DNA of 64,000 nt from positions 62,001 to 126,000 of IMG/VR virus record IMGVR_UViG_3300017991_000002. One strand, given 5' to 3'. A program made the translations under genes and the position numbers. Shown here in pieces: positions 27,602 through 36,592 of the stretch. The notes below the pieces were generated by a model. The model was not told the origin of the DNA. It saw only the letters and a program-made list of their open reading frames with translations, and did no database searches. Numbering within the stretch: position 1 is the first letter of the stretch; each line of letters starts with the position of its first letter.

Positions 27602-27904
27602 ATGGCATACACTGACATCTCATTTAAAGATGAATCGCCGAGAGCGATGGGGAGAAATGGAGATCGAGCGATAAGAGGTCTTTTTATAGAAGAAGGGGCC
27701 AGGAGGTTGAGGGTTTTTCCGGTAACAAAAAAACGGGGTATAATTATGAACTGTTATATAGATATCCCTACCGACAGGGATACCTTAACCCAACTATCTA
27801 ATATGCTCCTTCGACTCTTGAATGATCCTGCTATCGGGAAGGTAAAACGAAAAAACAAAGAGGGGAGCAGGAAACTTAATATGGAAAGGAGTCGAGGAGG
27901 GTAA
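27602..27904 (+). CDS. Hypothetical protein with RKLNM tag
   Basis: Ends GSRKLNMERSRGG*. Confidence 0.75.
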   Translation: MAYTDISFKDESPRAMGRNGDRAIRGLFIEEGARRLRVFPVTKKRGIIMNCYIDIPTDRDTLTQLSNMLLRLLNDPAIGKVKRKNKEGSRKLNMERSRGG

Positions 27905-27905
27905 T

Positions 27906-28484
27906 ATGCATACTAAGGCAAACGTCGTTTTGGTGGGGGAGATCGTAGCCCGTAAGTTTGGATCATATGTGGTAGCAGATGTGCGGGAAATATGGTTCCA
28001 TCAACGCCTTAATGGTAAACCTGAGACTACTTTACCTTTATTGGCGGTGTTTATTGAAGGGGTCAGGAAGCAGAACATTTCTGAAGACCCGGTAAGGGCA
28101 GCTGGCTGGTTGGTTCTCTTAGGAGCGGAGGCATTCGTAGAAGAGTTCAGACACTGGATGATTGGGAAGGGTGTGAAGGAGAGTTTTTCGGATAATTTCT
28201 CCACACAAGCAACTCTCTTTGAGCCTACAGTAGGCCAGCACGATGATATATCCTACAAGTATGTCATTAACCTTATAAGGGGTGATGTTCTCATATATAC
28301 CCCCTCTGTATGTGGACCTGATACGTTGATCGGTAAAATGACAGCTAAAGGCAAACTCAGGAGTATAAGGAAGACTGATAAGATACCAAAACAACCACAT
28401 CCCGGAGCCGCCTTACCGAATGGCTACCGTCATACATCGTTACAAGGCAAGAGAAAATTGAGCCTAAGAAGGGAGGATGGATGA
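27906..28484 (+). CDS. Divergent paralog of 28481-28978 with RKLSL tag
   Basis: Shared GWL.LLG.E, EPTVGQH.DI.YKY, PD.LIGKM. Confidence 0.8.
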   Translation: MHTKANVVLVGEIVARKFGSYVVADVREIWFHQRLNGKPETTLPLLAVFIEGVRKQNISEDPVRAAGWLVLLGAEAFVEEFRHWMIGKGVKESFSDNFSTQATLFEPTVGQHDDISYKYVINLIRGDVLIYTPSVCGPDTLIGKMTAKGKLRSIRKTDKIPKQPHPGAALPNGYRHTSLQGKRKLSLRREDG

Positions 28485-28978
28485 GCACCAGAGCAAATAT
28501 CGTAGTCAAGGACGAGTATGATACTTTATGGTTCTATCAGCACGGAGATGGATACCCTGAAGGAGTACTGCCAACGTTGTTCAAGTTTATGAACTGGGTC
28601 AAGAGCGGTAGAATCAGGGACAATGCCATTCAGTCTAGTGGGTGGTTGATCCTGCTGGGAGTAGAGTCTCTGATAGTGGACATGACACGATACAGGCCAG
28701 AAAAGACAAGGAGAAGAAATCCATTTGAACCCTGCAATGATTCTTTGTATGGGTGGAAGGCTGGGAGTATCGAGCCGACGGTTGGGCAGCATGGTGATAT
28801 TGACTATAAGTATATTGTTGATCTTGAAGAGAAAACAGTAATGGTTTACGAACCAGGGTGGGAAGGAGAACCTGATAAGCTCATAGGTAAAATGAACTCC
28901 AAGGGAAATATGACCAAGATCAAAGTGAGATCAGCAGAGCCGAAGACCTCAAGAGTAAGAAGGTTGAGGGTATCGTGA
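28481..28978 (+). CDS. MSTR...HxDGYP family protein with RRLRV tag
   Basis: FYQHGDGYPEG; ends RVRRLRVS*. Confidence 0.85.
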   Translation: MSTRANIVVKDEYDTLWFYQHGDGYPEGVLPTLFKFMNWVKSGRIRDNAIQSSGWLILLGVESLIVDMTRYRPEKTRRRNPFEPCNDSLYGWKAGSIEPTVGQHGDIDYKYIVDLEEKTVMVYEPGWEGEPDKLIGKMNSKGNMTKIKVRSAEPKTSRVRRLRVS

Positions 28979-29450
28979 TGGAAACTGACATCTACGGTAA
29001 GAAACGAAACAATAAGTCCGGTATAGCTCCAGCTGTTGCTCTTATCAATCCGAAGTATCCACACAATGTGGGGGCGGCCCTACGGGCTGCCTCCTGCTTT
29101 GGAGTAAAGCAGGTATGGTTTACTGGAGACCGTGTTTCTCTTGAGCCAAACGGTAAGAAGTACAGATTGCCAAGGGAGGAAAGGATGAGGGGCTATCAAG
29201 ATGTTGAACTTCGACAGTTCGAATACATCTTTGACGAATTCGAAGATGCAACTCCGGTAGCTGTAGAAATGAGGCCGAACTCAGAAAACTTGGTCTATTT
29301 TGAACATCCCGAAAATGCCTTGTATGTATTTGGTCCTGAGGATGGCAGCATTCCTCAGGTTATTTTGAGGCATTGTCAAACTTTCACCAGACGTCCTCCC
29401 AGCAAGATCTATTGGCCGGGGTGAGTCTGTTGATGTATAGGAGAGTTTAA
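28975..29450 (+). pseudogene. SpoU/TrmH-type RNA methyltransferase with frameshifted C-terminus
   Basis: NPKYPHNVGAALRAASCFG, HPENALYVFGPEDGSI; in-frame stop at 29424; final helix in the -1 frame to 29450. Confidence 0.65.
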
Positions 29451-29737
29451 TGAGTGAGAAAAGGTGGGAACCGGAAGTAGGTGAGCAAGCCATGGCCTAT
29501 TACGACGGAAAATTTGGAAGAGGAGTCCCCTGCGAGATACTCGAGGTCGAGGACGATAACCGGATTAAAGTCCGTCATAAAGACTGGGGTGAACCAGAGA
29601 GGGGTATGTTCGAGCATTGGGCAACAAGAGAGTCTCCGTTAAGATTTGGGGGTTACACTGATGACAAAGAAGGTCTTATGGCAAGGCTTTTTGGGTTTCC
29701 CGGAGACTGGTATGCTATCCTTAGGAAGGAGGAGTAA
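29450..29737 (+). CDS. Hypothetical protein
   Basis: AGGAG RBS. Confidence 0.7.
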   Translation: MSEKRWEPEVGEQAMAYYDGKFGRGVPCEILEVEDDNRIKVRHKDWGEPERGMFEHWATRESPLRFGGYTDDKEGLMARLFGFPGDWYAILRKEE

Positions 29738-29738
29738 T

Positions 29739-30104
29739 ATGACGAACGTAATTTCAATACCAACATATGAGGAGATGTTGTCTTCTCTCCCAGAAAAGTT
29801 TCGTACTGACAAGGTAAAAGAACAGCTGAAGAATGCCTATGATATAGAGAAGAAGTTCATTACCGAGGAGGCGGAGAGGCTCAAGAAGGATGGTAAGAGT
29901 GTTACTGCGATAATGCTCAAGTTCAGTAACTGTGGATCACAGTGGATTGCTGACTTTGAGGTGAGAGATAAGACCAGGGAGGTTAAGGATCAGTATAATT
30001 GGCATGGGCAGAACACGAGCCAGTGGACGTATGCTGGGTGCATATGCTTCAGTGAGACCTCTTTTGAATCCGGATCTGATTATATTATTAGCAGACATCA
30101 CTAG
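29739..30104 (+). CDS. Hypothetical protein
   Basis: AGGAGG RBS; YNWHGQNTSQW.YAG. Confidence 0.8.
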   Translation: MTNVISIPTYEEMLSSLPEKFRTDKVKEQLKNAYDIEKKFITEEAERLKKDGKSVTAIMLKFSNCGSQWIADFEVRDKTREVKDQYNWHGQNTSQWTYAGCICFSETSFESGSDYIISRHH

Positions 30105-30120
30105 GGAAGGAGTATAAAGA

Positions 30121-30642
30121 ATGAAACCTTACGAAGTAGAACCGGGGATGATTATAAAGGGCTATGGGTTTATAGTATCCTCTGGCAGCGTTTTTACTGT
30201 GATCGATGAGGATGCTGTGTTTCTCGGGCCCCGTAGAACAGTCGACTTAGACCAGAACGTTGATGAGTACGAAGAATTGTATCCGATCGGCTCGGATGAG
30301 CATCTGGAGGTTTTGGAAAAGATAAGACTTTCTATGATGCTGGAGTCCTTGGGAAGGAAGAAGTCTCTGGCTGTTTTGGATAAAGTGCTTAGCTCATATC
30401 AAAGAGCCCCCAAAACAGGTGAGAATGAAGGGCCGGATACAGTAGTCACCATCCAAGGAACTGTGGAGTGCGGTCGTTGTGGCGCAGAAGGTCAGTTTAC
30501 AGAATTCTGGCTTGACCTTAAAACGGATATAGGGAAAACAGGAGATGAGGAAAGAATTTGTTTTCTGTGTCCATTATGTCACACAGACTTTAATAAGTTT
30601 ATGGACGAAAAGATATCAGAGAAAGGGGACCAAGATGAGTAA
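30121..30642 (+). CDS. Hypothetical protein with C-terminal Zn ribbon
   Basis: CGRC...CPLC. Confidence 0.75.
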   Translation: MKPYEVEPGMIIKGYGFIVSSGSVFTVIDEDAVFLGPRRTVDLDQNVDEYEELYPIGSDEHLEVLEKIRLSMMLESLGRKKSLAVLDKVLSSYQRAPKTGENEGPDTVVTIQGTVECGRCGAEGQFTEFWLDLKTDIGKTGDEERICFLCPLCHTDFNKFMDEKISEKGDQDE

Positions 30643-31654
30643 AGAGAAGATTTATGTTGTTGATGGAATCAAAGGAACTATAGCACAACTATCAAGGCAT
30701 TTCGGTGTCGATCACCGTACCGTTTATTGGAGGATGAATTACAGATCGAAGAAAATGAGTATCGAGGAGGCACTCAAGACACCCACGGAAAAATCGAAAG
30801 GAGCTGGAAGGCCCTCAAAAAAGTTTCTGTATAAGGGTCAAATGTTGTCCGTCCCAGAAATAGCAAAATCCGAGGACATTCCTGTATCCAGACTATATTA
30901 CAGACTCAGGAGATATGATAACAATATGGAGAAGGCTTTGGGAGAAGGGGGAAGGAGGCAAAAGAAGGAACCTTTTCATCACAGCCAAACTTCATTTTAC
31001 GGAAGCTTATTTGATTTGACGACTGAAAGTTTTGAAAGTCTTGTCTACATCCTAAATAGCCATTTGAGGGATGAAGGTTCCATCAACCGTATCTTAAAGT
31101 CTCTTGATGTCTATGGTCTGGTTAAGGATGGCAATGTAAACAGGATAAATCCAAAAACCTCGAAGGTAATTCAGAAGATAATGACAGGGGACGCCCCCGA
31201 TGTGACTTTTTTCCCACAGATGAAAAAGTGGGCGCGAGCGGCCGAGTTTAAGCGGGAATTGGACCAGACTCCGAAAGTAGAATCCTCATCCATTGAAAGG
31301 CTATATGGTGAGGGTCCATACATCGCATTTATTGCTTCGGGGGAGAGATTGGTCAATCTGTGTAATGAGGAGTCGTACGATAGTATAGGGTTTGAGGATC
31401 CCTCGGAACTCGGACAGATTTTCGTTCGGAAGTTTAAGTCAGAGAAGGAGAAGATAGCGTACCTTAAAGGACTGCATGACGGGGAAGAATTGATGCCTAC
31501 TCATGTTATTTCGGAGGAGGTGTACAAGAAACTAACCCTCTGGAGACCCCTAGACGGGATCGCTCTTATGGTATCAGATGTCCATCGGAGTCTCCCTGAC
31601 GGGGAGGAAAGAGAAAAACTCGGTCGTGCTTTACAGTGGATAAAAGATATGTAA
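30635..31654 (+). CDS. Protein with two N-terminal small HTH repeats (putative DNA binding)
   Basis: G...TIAQLSR.FG....TVYWR...SIEEAL and a second similar unit. Confidence 0.7.
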   Translation: MSKEKIYVVDGIKGTIAQLSRHFGVDHRTVYWRMNYRSKKMSIEEALKTPTEKSKGAGRPSKKFLYKGQMLSVPEIAKSEDIPVSRLYYRLRRYDNNMEKALGEGGRRQKKEPFHHSQTSFYGSLFDLTTESFESLVYILNSHLRDEGSINRILKSLDVYGLVKDGNVNRINPKTSKVIQKIMTGDAPDVTFFPQMKKWARAAEFKRELDQTPKVESSSIERLYGEGPYIAFIASGERLVNLCNEESYDSIGFEDPSELGQIFVRKFKSEKEKIAYLKGLHDGEELMPTHVISEEVYKKLTLWRPLDGIALMVSDVHRSLPDGEEREKLGRALQWIKDM

Positions 31655-31746
31655 TATTAGTCACTTTTAACCTTAACAATGAAAGGAGGTTTAACGACCA
31701 GTAGAGAGAAAATAAACCGCAGCTGATTTCCGACGGAGGTGTATCT

Positions 31747-32379
31747 ATGGGGTATAAACCAGTAACCATTCTTTCTTCGAATACGAAGACTGTTGTGCCT
31801 AGCCTGAATCTACCGCGAACGAACTGTAATCCGACAAAGCTTTGTTGGCAGAGATGTTATGGAAAGCAAGGACATATGTCACTTCCTTGCTCACTACGAA
31901 AACAGACGTGGGTATCAAATTACCTTCTTGGAACTGACATTAGTCGTCTTATAAAAGAATGTAAGGCGTACTCATCCGTTCGACTGTGTGGAGGAGGAGA
32001 CTTCTTGGAGGAACACGTTCCAAATGTCCTGAGGCTTGCGGAAGAATGCCCTGATACATTATTATGGGGTTTCTCTCGTAAGCCGAATATCGTGCTTGGT
32101 CTCAATAATAAGCTGCCGAATTTGTACATGCAGCTTACTGTTGATTATACGACACCGCTAAGCATATGGAGCGATATCGATTGCGACATAGCTTATGGAC
32201 CAAGGATGCAATGGGATGATGTTCCTGAAGATGAAAGAATTAGAGTAGTATTTCCTTATCATTTCAGCGGCAAGGTAGTCAAGGGTGTGCCCCATCACCC
32301 CAAGGACTGCCAGGCTGTCTGGGATCATTCTCTTCATTGTGTGGATTGCAGACGATGCTATCCCGAAGCAAACCGATAG
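31747..32379 (+). CDS. GP88-like Cys-cluster protein
   Basis: N.K...SLNLP...C.PT..C...CY; VRL.GGGDF; C-terminal C..C..C. Confidence 0.7.
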   Translation: MGYKPVTILSSNTKTVVPSLNLPRTNCNPTKLCWQRCYGKQGHMSLPCSLRKQTWVSNYLLGTDISRLIKECKAYSSVRLCGGGDFLEEHVPNVLRLAEECPDTLLWGFSRKPNIVLGLNNKLPNLYMQLTVDYTTPLSIWSDIDCDIAYGPRMQWDDVPEDERIRVVFPYHFSGKVVKGVPHHPKDCQAVWDHSLHCVDCRRCYPEANR

Positions 32380-32388
32380 GTGATAGCT

Positions 32389-32571
32389 ATGAGCTGGCCG
32401 AAGATAATTGTCACTGCTGTGGAATGTCTTTTGTCCATAGGCAGGTGCTATGAAGCGGGCTCCAGGCTGTCTGAAGCTATACGGGAGAAGAGAATTAAGG
32501 ATGGCAACGAGAGAGTTGCTGACATGCTCTATGAGGAAGAATATGAGGAGGAAAAGGAGAGCAAGAAATAA
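32389..32571 (+). CDS. Small hypothetical protein
   Basis: AGGTGA RBS. Confidence 0.55.
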   Translation: MSWPKIIVTAVECLLSIGRCYEAGSRLSEAIREKRIKDGNERVADMLYEEEYEEEKESKK

Positions 32572-32578
32572 ATAAGAT

Positions 32579-32618
32579 GAAGGCATTCGGGCTTCGGTCC
32601 GGGTGCCTTCTCTTTTTT
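32579..32618 (+). terminator. Intrinsic terminator with cUUCGg loop
   Basis: GAAGGCATTCGGGC-TTCG-GTCCGGGTGCCTTC + T tract. Confidence 0.85.
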
Positions 32619-32648
32619 CGAAAAAAAAATGAAAATATGAAATACATT

Positions 32649-32710
32649 TTACTTATCACTCTCAAAACACTCTCTATATACAGATTACCCCCCAATTTTG
32701 AGGGGTAATC
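32649..32710 (+). promoter_or_regulatory. Promoter-like element plus ATTACC/GGTAAT inverted repeat (copy 2)
   Basis: TTACTT-N20-TATATA then GATTACCCC-N10-GGGGTAATC. Confidence 0.55.
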
Positions 32711-32741
32711 AAAAAAATTTTTTCTTTTTTCGATTTTTCAC

Positions 32742-32770
32742 TTGACATGATTATTTAGTTGCCCTAAATT
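32742..32770 (+). promoter_or_regulatory. sigma70-type promoter with overlapping palindrome
   Basis: TTGACA-N17-TAAATT; ATTTAG-N5-CTAAAT at 32753-32769. Confidence 0.7.
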
Positions 32771-32814
32771 ACTAAAAGATAGTCGTAAAACCTACTCACC
32801 TAAGGAGGAAAAAA

Positions 32815-33060
32815 GTGACGTCAAAAAGAGAGATCGATTTCAGTGCTACTGTGGCAAAACTCCGATGCCACCTTGACATCTCGCAAAGAAGATTGGCTGA
32901 GGGTCTTGGTGTCACAGAGGCCACAGTGTCCAATTGGGAACGAGGAAAGCACAAACCAAAAATGAGGCAGGCCTATAAAATCGAAAAACTTGTCAGCGAA
33001 TATGGCCTTCATATCGACTACCTTCCCGGTAAAGATAGAGCGGACAAGGTAAATCCCTGA
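32815..33060 (+). CDS. XRE/Cro-type HTH regulator
   Basis: LR..L.ISQ..LA..LGV...TVSNWERG...P. Confidence 0.9.
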   Translation: MTSKREIDFSATVAKLRCHLDISQRRLAEGLGVTEATVSNWERGKHKPKMRQAYKIEKLVSEYGLHIDYLPGKDRADKVNP

Positions 33061-33091
33061 AATCAATACCCAATAAATACGGAGGTGTAAT

Positions 33092-33676
33092 ATGGGAGAT
33101 TTCACTTCTTTTTTGGATAAGATGAGGCAATCCATCCGATGCATTATTCTTGGCAGCGGAGCTTTTATGAAAGGTCAGCATAATTTTGAAGACCTTATGC
33201 TTGAAGCCGAAAGCACTCTTTGGCTCGTTTATGATCGATATTCCGGAGATCGAAGTACCGAGCATCTGGAGAATATTGGTCGGACGGCGGTGAGGAATAA
33301 GATGATAAGCATCCAGCGTAAGGATATTGTAAGGGAAAGAAAGTTTTCTGAGATCCCGAGTAGGGGCTCGAAGGTCAGTGCCTCCCAGCATAGTGATATG
33401 TTCGTTTTAGAGCTAATAGCCAGGCTATCGAACAAGATGATGAAAAGGTCACCGTTCCACTGGGAAGTATTCAATGAGTTTATTAGGCCCTCCAAAGAGA
33501 TCTTTGAGTCCATGCAGAAATACAATGGGATGTTGATCCCTGATGATGATGCTCCGCTGCTGAGACCAGGGACACCTGTGTCCTTGATGGCGAAGAGATT
33601 TGGTGTATCCAAGTATATGATTATCAAAGTTATTAAGGACATAAGAAAAGACACCCTGGCTATCTGCAAGGACTGA
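33092..33676 (+). CDS. Sigma-factor-like protein
   Basis: Region-2-like FEDL..EA...LW....RY...AVRNKM; C-terminal HTH (MAKRFGVS). Confidence 0.6.
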   Translation: MGDFTSFLDKMRQSIRCIILGSGAFMKGQHNFEDLMLEAESTLWLVYDRYSGDRSTEHLENIGRTAVRNKMISIQRKDIVRERKFSEIPSRGSKVSASQHSDMFVLELIARLSNKMMKRSPFHWEVFNEFIRPSKEIFESMQKYNGMLIPDDDAPLLRPGTPVSLMAKRFGVSKYMIIKVIKDIRKDTLAICKD

Positions 33677-33690
33677 CCATAAAATTTATT

Positions 33691-33721
33691 TTCCTTTTTT
33701 GTTTGTGATGCGTATAAGTAT
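33691..33721 (+). promoter_or_regulatory. Putative phage promoter CGTATAAGTAT (copy 1)
   Basis: Intergenic; identical 11-mer at 55834-55844 with a similar T-rich upstream box. Confidence 0.6.
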
Positions 33722-33760
33722 AGTAGGAAGATAAATCACGATTTTTGGAAGGAGAACGTA

Positions 33761-34768
33761 ATGACGATAAAACCAGAAGATCCCATTGAAGAGCCTACTA
33801 AAGACAAGTTCAAGGGGTTTCTGTCCTCCGTAACTGCCGATGAGTATGAGGAACTTGAACAGATACTGGACGAGTATACATCTGGAGACAAAAAGACTGC
33901 TAAGAAGGAAGCTCTTGAGGTGATCGATTCCGAAGGGGGAAATACCGAGAAACTGTTTGGAGGAATGACCAGATTGTTCTCAAACAGTCCCAACTACATG
34001 ACCCATACAATGAAGAAGATAATAACATGGCATAAAGAGGTAAGCCCAGACAAAACCCCGGAGGCAAAGAAGGTTGTAAAGCGCAGGGCGAGGACTCCGA
34101 TAAAAGGAAAGAGTGAATCTGGTAAGGATAAAAGTACAGATAATTTGGAGAGGAAATTCGACAAGGCCTTCAAAGGTTCAAGAAAGGCAAGTAAAAATGA
34201 AGCTCAGGAAGAGGATGACCTTAGACCTCGAAAGGACGATAGCAAGGAAGAGGAGGCTACGGACGAGAAATTAACCAAACTGATGAAGGGGAAGGTGAAG
34301 AAGAGTGAGAGTGAGGATGATACTAAGGTTGACATTCTATCCTTCCACTACCTCAATGTGGAAATTTATGAAACGACCCCAGAGACTCACCCAGAATTTT
34401 TTCTCAGTTTCAAGGATCAACACATTTCCCGAAGGGTTATTGAGTCAAATAACAAACCAACAAATTCTTCATATTTCCCGGTAAAGAAGAATCGTCTGCT
34501 GTCAGACGTCATTCTTGAGCTCAGGGAACGTCCCCTATCATACTTGGATCTTATGATGTTGGTTGATCAAACAAAAACACCTCAAATTTTTCTTACAGCA
34601 AGAAGACTGTGGTGGAGCATTAAATACAACGAATTCTTACGATTCGGCCTCGGTAAAGAGGAGACGGTGAGAGGAGGAGAAACTTTCTTCAGGCTTTTGA
34701 GAATATGGAGCGACGATCCGATCTTTACGTTCGTCGTTGATGAGTGGAAGAAAAAACATGGGGGTTGA
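33761..34768 (+). CDS. Hypothetical protein with charged low-complexity middle
   Basis: AAGGAG RBS; 335 aa. Confidence 0.8.
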   Translation: MTIKPEDPIEEPTKDKFKGFLSSVTADEYEELEQILDEYTSGDKKTAKKEALEVIDSEGGNTEKLFGGMTRLFSNSPNYMTHTMKKIITWHKEVSPDKTPEAKKVVKRRARTPIKGKSESGKDKSTDNLERKFDKAFKGSRKASKNEAQEEDDLRPRKDDSKEEEATDEKLTKLMKGKVKKSESEDDTKVDILSFHYLNVEIYETTPETHPEFFLSFKDQHISRRVIESNNKPTNSSYFPVKKNRLLSDVILELRERPLSYLDLMMLVDQTKTPQIFLTARRLWWSIKYNEFLRFGLGKEETVRGGETFFRLLRIWSDDPIFTFVVDEWKKKHGG

Positions 34769-34770
34769 AA

Positions 34771-34980
34771 ATGAATAATGCAAAAGTTTTATTAGGAGCA
34801 GCCACGGTAGGGACGGCCCTACTTTTAGGTATCAGGGGGTGGACAGACCTGGTAGAGGGTGTAAGGGAAGATAGTGGTCAGGGTACCACAAACCCTACCC
34901 TGGAAGACATACTTGATGCATTTGAGAGACTAAGATCTAGTATTTCATTTTCCGGTGGAGAAGAAAGTCCAGTAGATTAG
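34771..34980 (+). CDS. Small protein with N-terminal hydrophobic segment
   Basis: VLLGAATVGTALLLGI. Confidence 0.65.
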   Translation: MNNAKVLLGAATVGTALLLGIRGWTDLVEGVREDSGQGTTNPTLEDILDAFERLRSSISFSGGEESPVD

Positions 34981-35038
34981 AGTGTGGGGTCAATTGGCCC
35001 TACCGTGATCACATCTCACCTGAAAGGAGAGGTTTTCA

Positions 35039-36592
35039 ATGACAGTATCGCTCTGTCTTGGGGATGCCTTCGCCCTCGCAAATGTCCCTAAGGAGGATGA
35101 AGAAGAGACGAAAAGAATTCTAAGGTTACATGATCCGAAATTGAAATATTCGAGGCCCTGGAATACTAACGTCTACCTGATATTCAAAAATAGCCATAAC
35201 AAGTTCAACTACAAATTCTATACAGGGCTTGTTCCTTGGGTTATCAGTAATCTATCCGAGAAGGGAATCAATACTGTTATTGAGAACGATGAGTCTCTTT
35301 TATTCAAGAAGGGACCCATCTTCACTCCTCCAGAGGATTATCTCAGGGGGATAGCTCTTCGGGATTTCCAAATTAATGCTATTCGGTCAGCAATTGCAGG
35401 ACAAAGGGGTATTCTTCAGCTTCCCGCGAGGTCGGGTAAGACCGAGATAGCCGCCGCCCTAATCAAGTATTATGATGTGCCCTCCGTTTTTGTTACCCAC
35501 ACAAGTAACCTTCGAGAACAGACTGCAAGAAGGTTTGTTTCCAGAGGATTAAGAGAGGTGGGTACAATAGGCGGCGGAGAGGACAATCCCCAGAGAACAA
35601 CGGTAGCTATGGTTCAAACAATCTCAAAAAGAATCCTTGAGGAAGATGATAGGATACTCAAAATTCTATCCGAAGCTAAGCTGCTCATCTTTGATGAAGT
35701 TCATCACCTTCAGGCAGATACGTGGTCACTTGTCGGAGAGGTATGTCAAGCCCCGCATCGTTTTGGTCTTTCAGCCACCCCTTTCCTCTATAAAAAGAGG
35801 GAGGAAAATTTCGGGGACTTAGCATTGACCGGACTTACCGGAAAAGTGGTATCAAGAATATCACCCAGTGTCCTTATTAAAAGAGGTTTTCTGGCTATAC
35901 CTAAGATATATACAATTGCCATACAAAATCCAAGAGTGTTTGTTCCTCCCAAGATGCAGGAGAAGAGAGTATGGAATCATGTATACAAAAAAGGTATTGT
36001 CGAAAATAGTGAAAGGAATGGGATATTTCTGGACACTGCAGAGAAAATGTATAATGCTGGTATGAAAGTTCTAATGCTTGTCTCCAGGAAAAATCATGGT
36101 CGAGACTTACTGAAGAGTTTAGTAGACAGGATCGGATGTGATGACTGCATATTTACCATGGGACAGAGAACTATCATCAGACACACTCCATTCGGTGTAA
36201 AAACCGAAACATGGCCATTCGAGCTTGTCAGGAATTTTCTCGAAGATAGAAGTTCATGTGTTGTTATTGGGACACAGATAATGGATGAAGGAGTTGACCT
36301 TCCCAGTCTAGATGCCGTCCTTATTCTATCTGCTATGAGATCCTTCCGACTGACCATCCAACGTGCTACCAGGTCAATGACTGCTGAAGAAGGAAAAAGG
36401 TCGGCGTGGATAGTGGACTCAGAGGATCTCACCCATTACATGCTGAAGCACCAATCAAAGAAGAGATTGGATATTTTAAGACTTGAATATCCCGATGCGG
36501 AAATAATAACCGGAGAGGACCTTCTCTTTTCAGACATAGAAAGAGAGGCCGAAATAAGAAAGGGGAGAGGAAACGACAATGCCATCGGGTAG
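35039..36592 (+). CDS. uvsW: SF2 DExH helicase, UvsW-like
   Basis: LRDFQ, PARSGKT, DEVHH, GLSATP, EGVDLP. Confidence 0.85.
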   Translation: MTVSLCLGDAFALANVPKEDEEETKRILRLHDPKLKYSRPWNTNVYLIFKNSHNKFNYKFYTGLVPWVISNLSEKGINTVIENDESLLFKKGPIFTPPEDYLRGIALRDFQINAIRSAIAGQRGILQLPARSGKTEIAAALIKYYDVPSVFVTHTSNLREQTARRFVSRGLREVGTIGGGEDNPQRTTVAMVQTISKRILEEDDRILKILSEAKLLIFDEVHHLQADTWSLVGEVCQAPHRFGLSATPFLYKKREENFGDLALTGLTGKVVSRISPSVLIKRGFLAIPKIYTIAIQNPRVFVPPKMQEKRVWNHVYKKGIVENSERNGIFLDTAEKMYNAGMKVLMLVSRKNHGRDLLKSLVDRIGCDDCIFTMGQRTIIRHTPFGVKTETWPFELVRNFLEDRSSCVVIGTQIMDEGVDLPSLDAVLILSAMRSFRLTIQRATRSMTAEEGKRSAWIVDSEDLTHYMLKHQSKKRLDILRLEYPDAEIITGEDLLFSDIEREAEIRKGRGNDNAIG

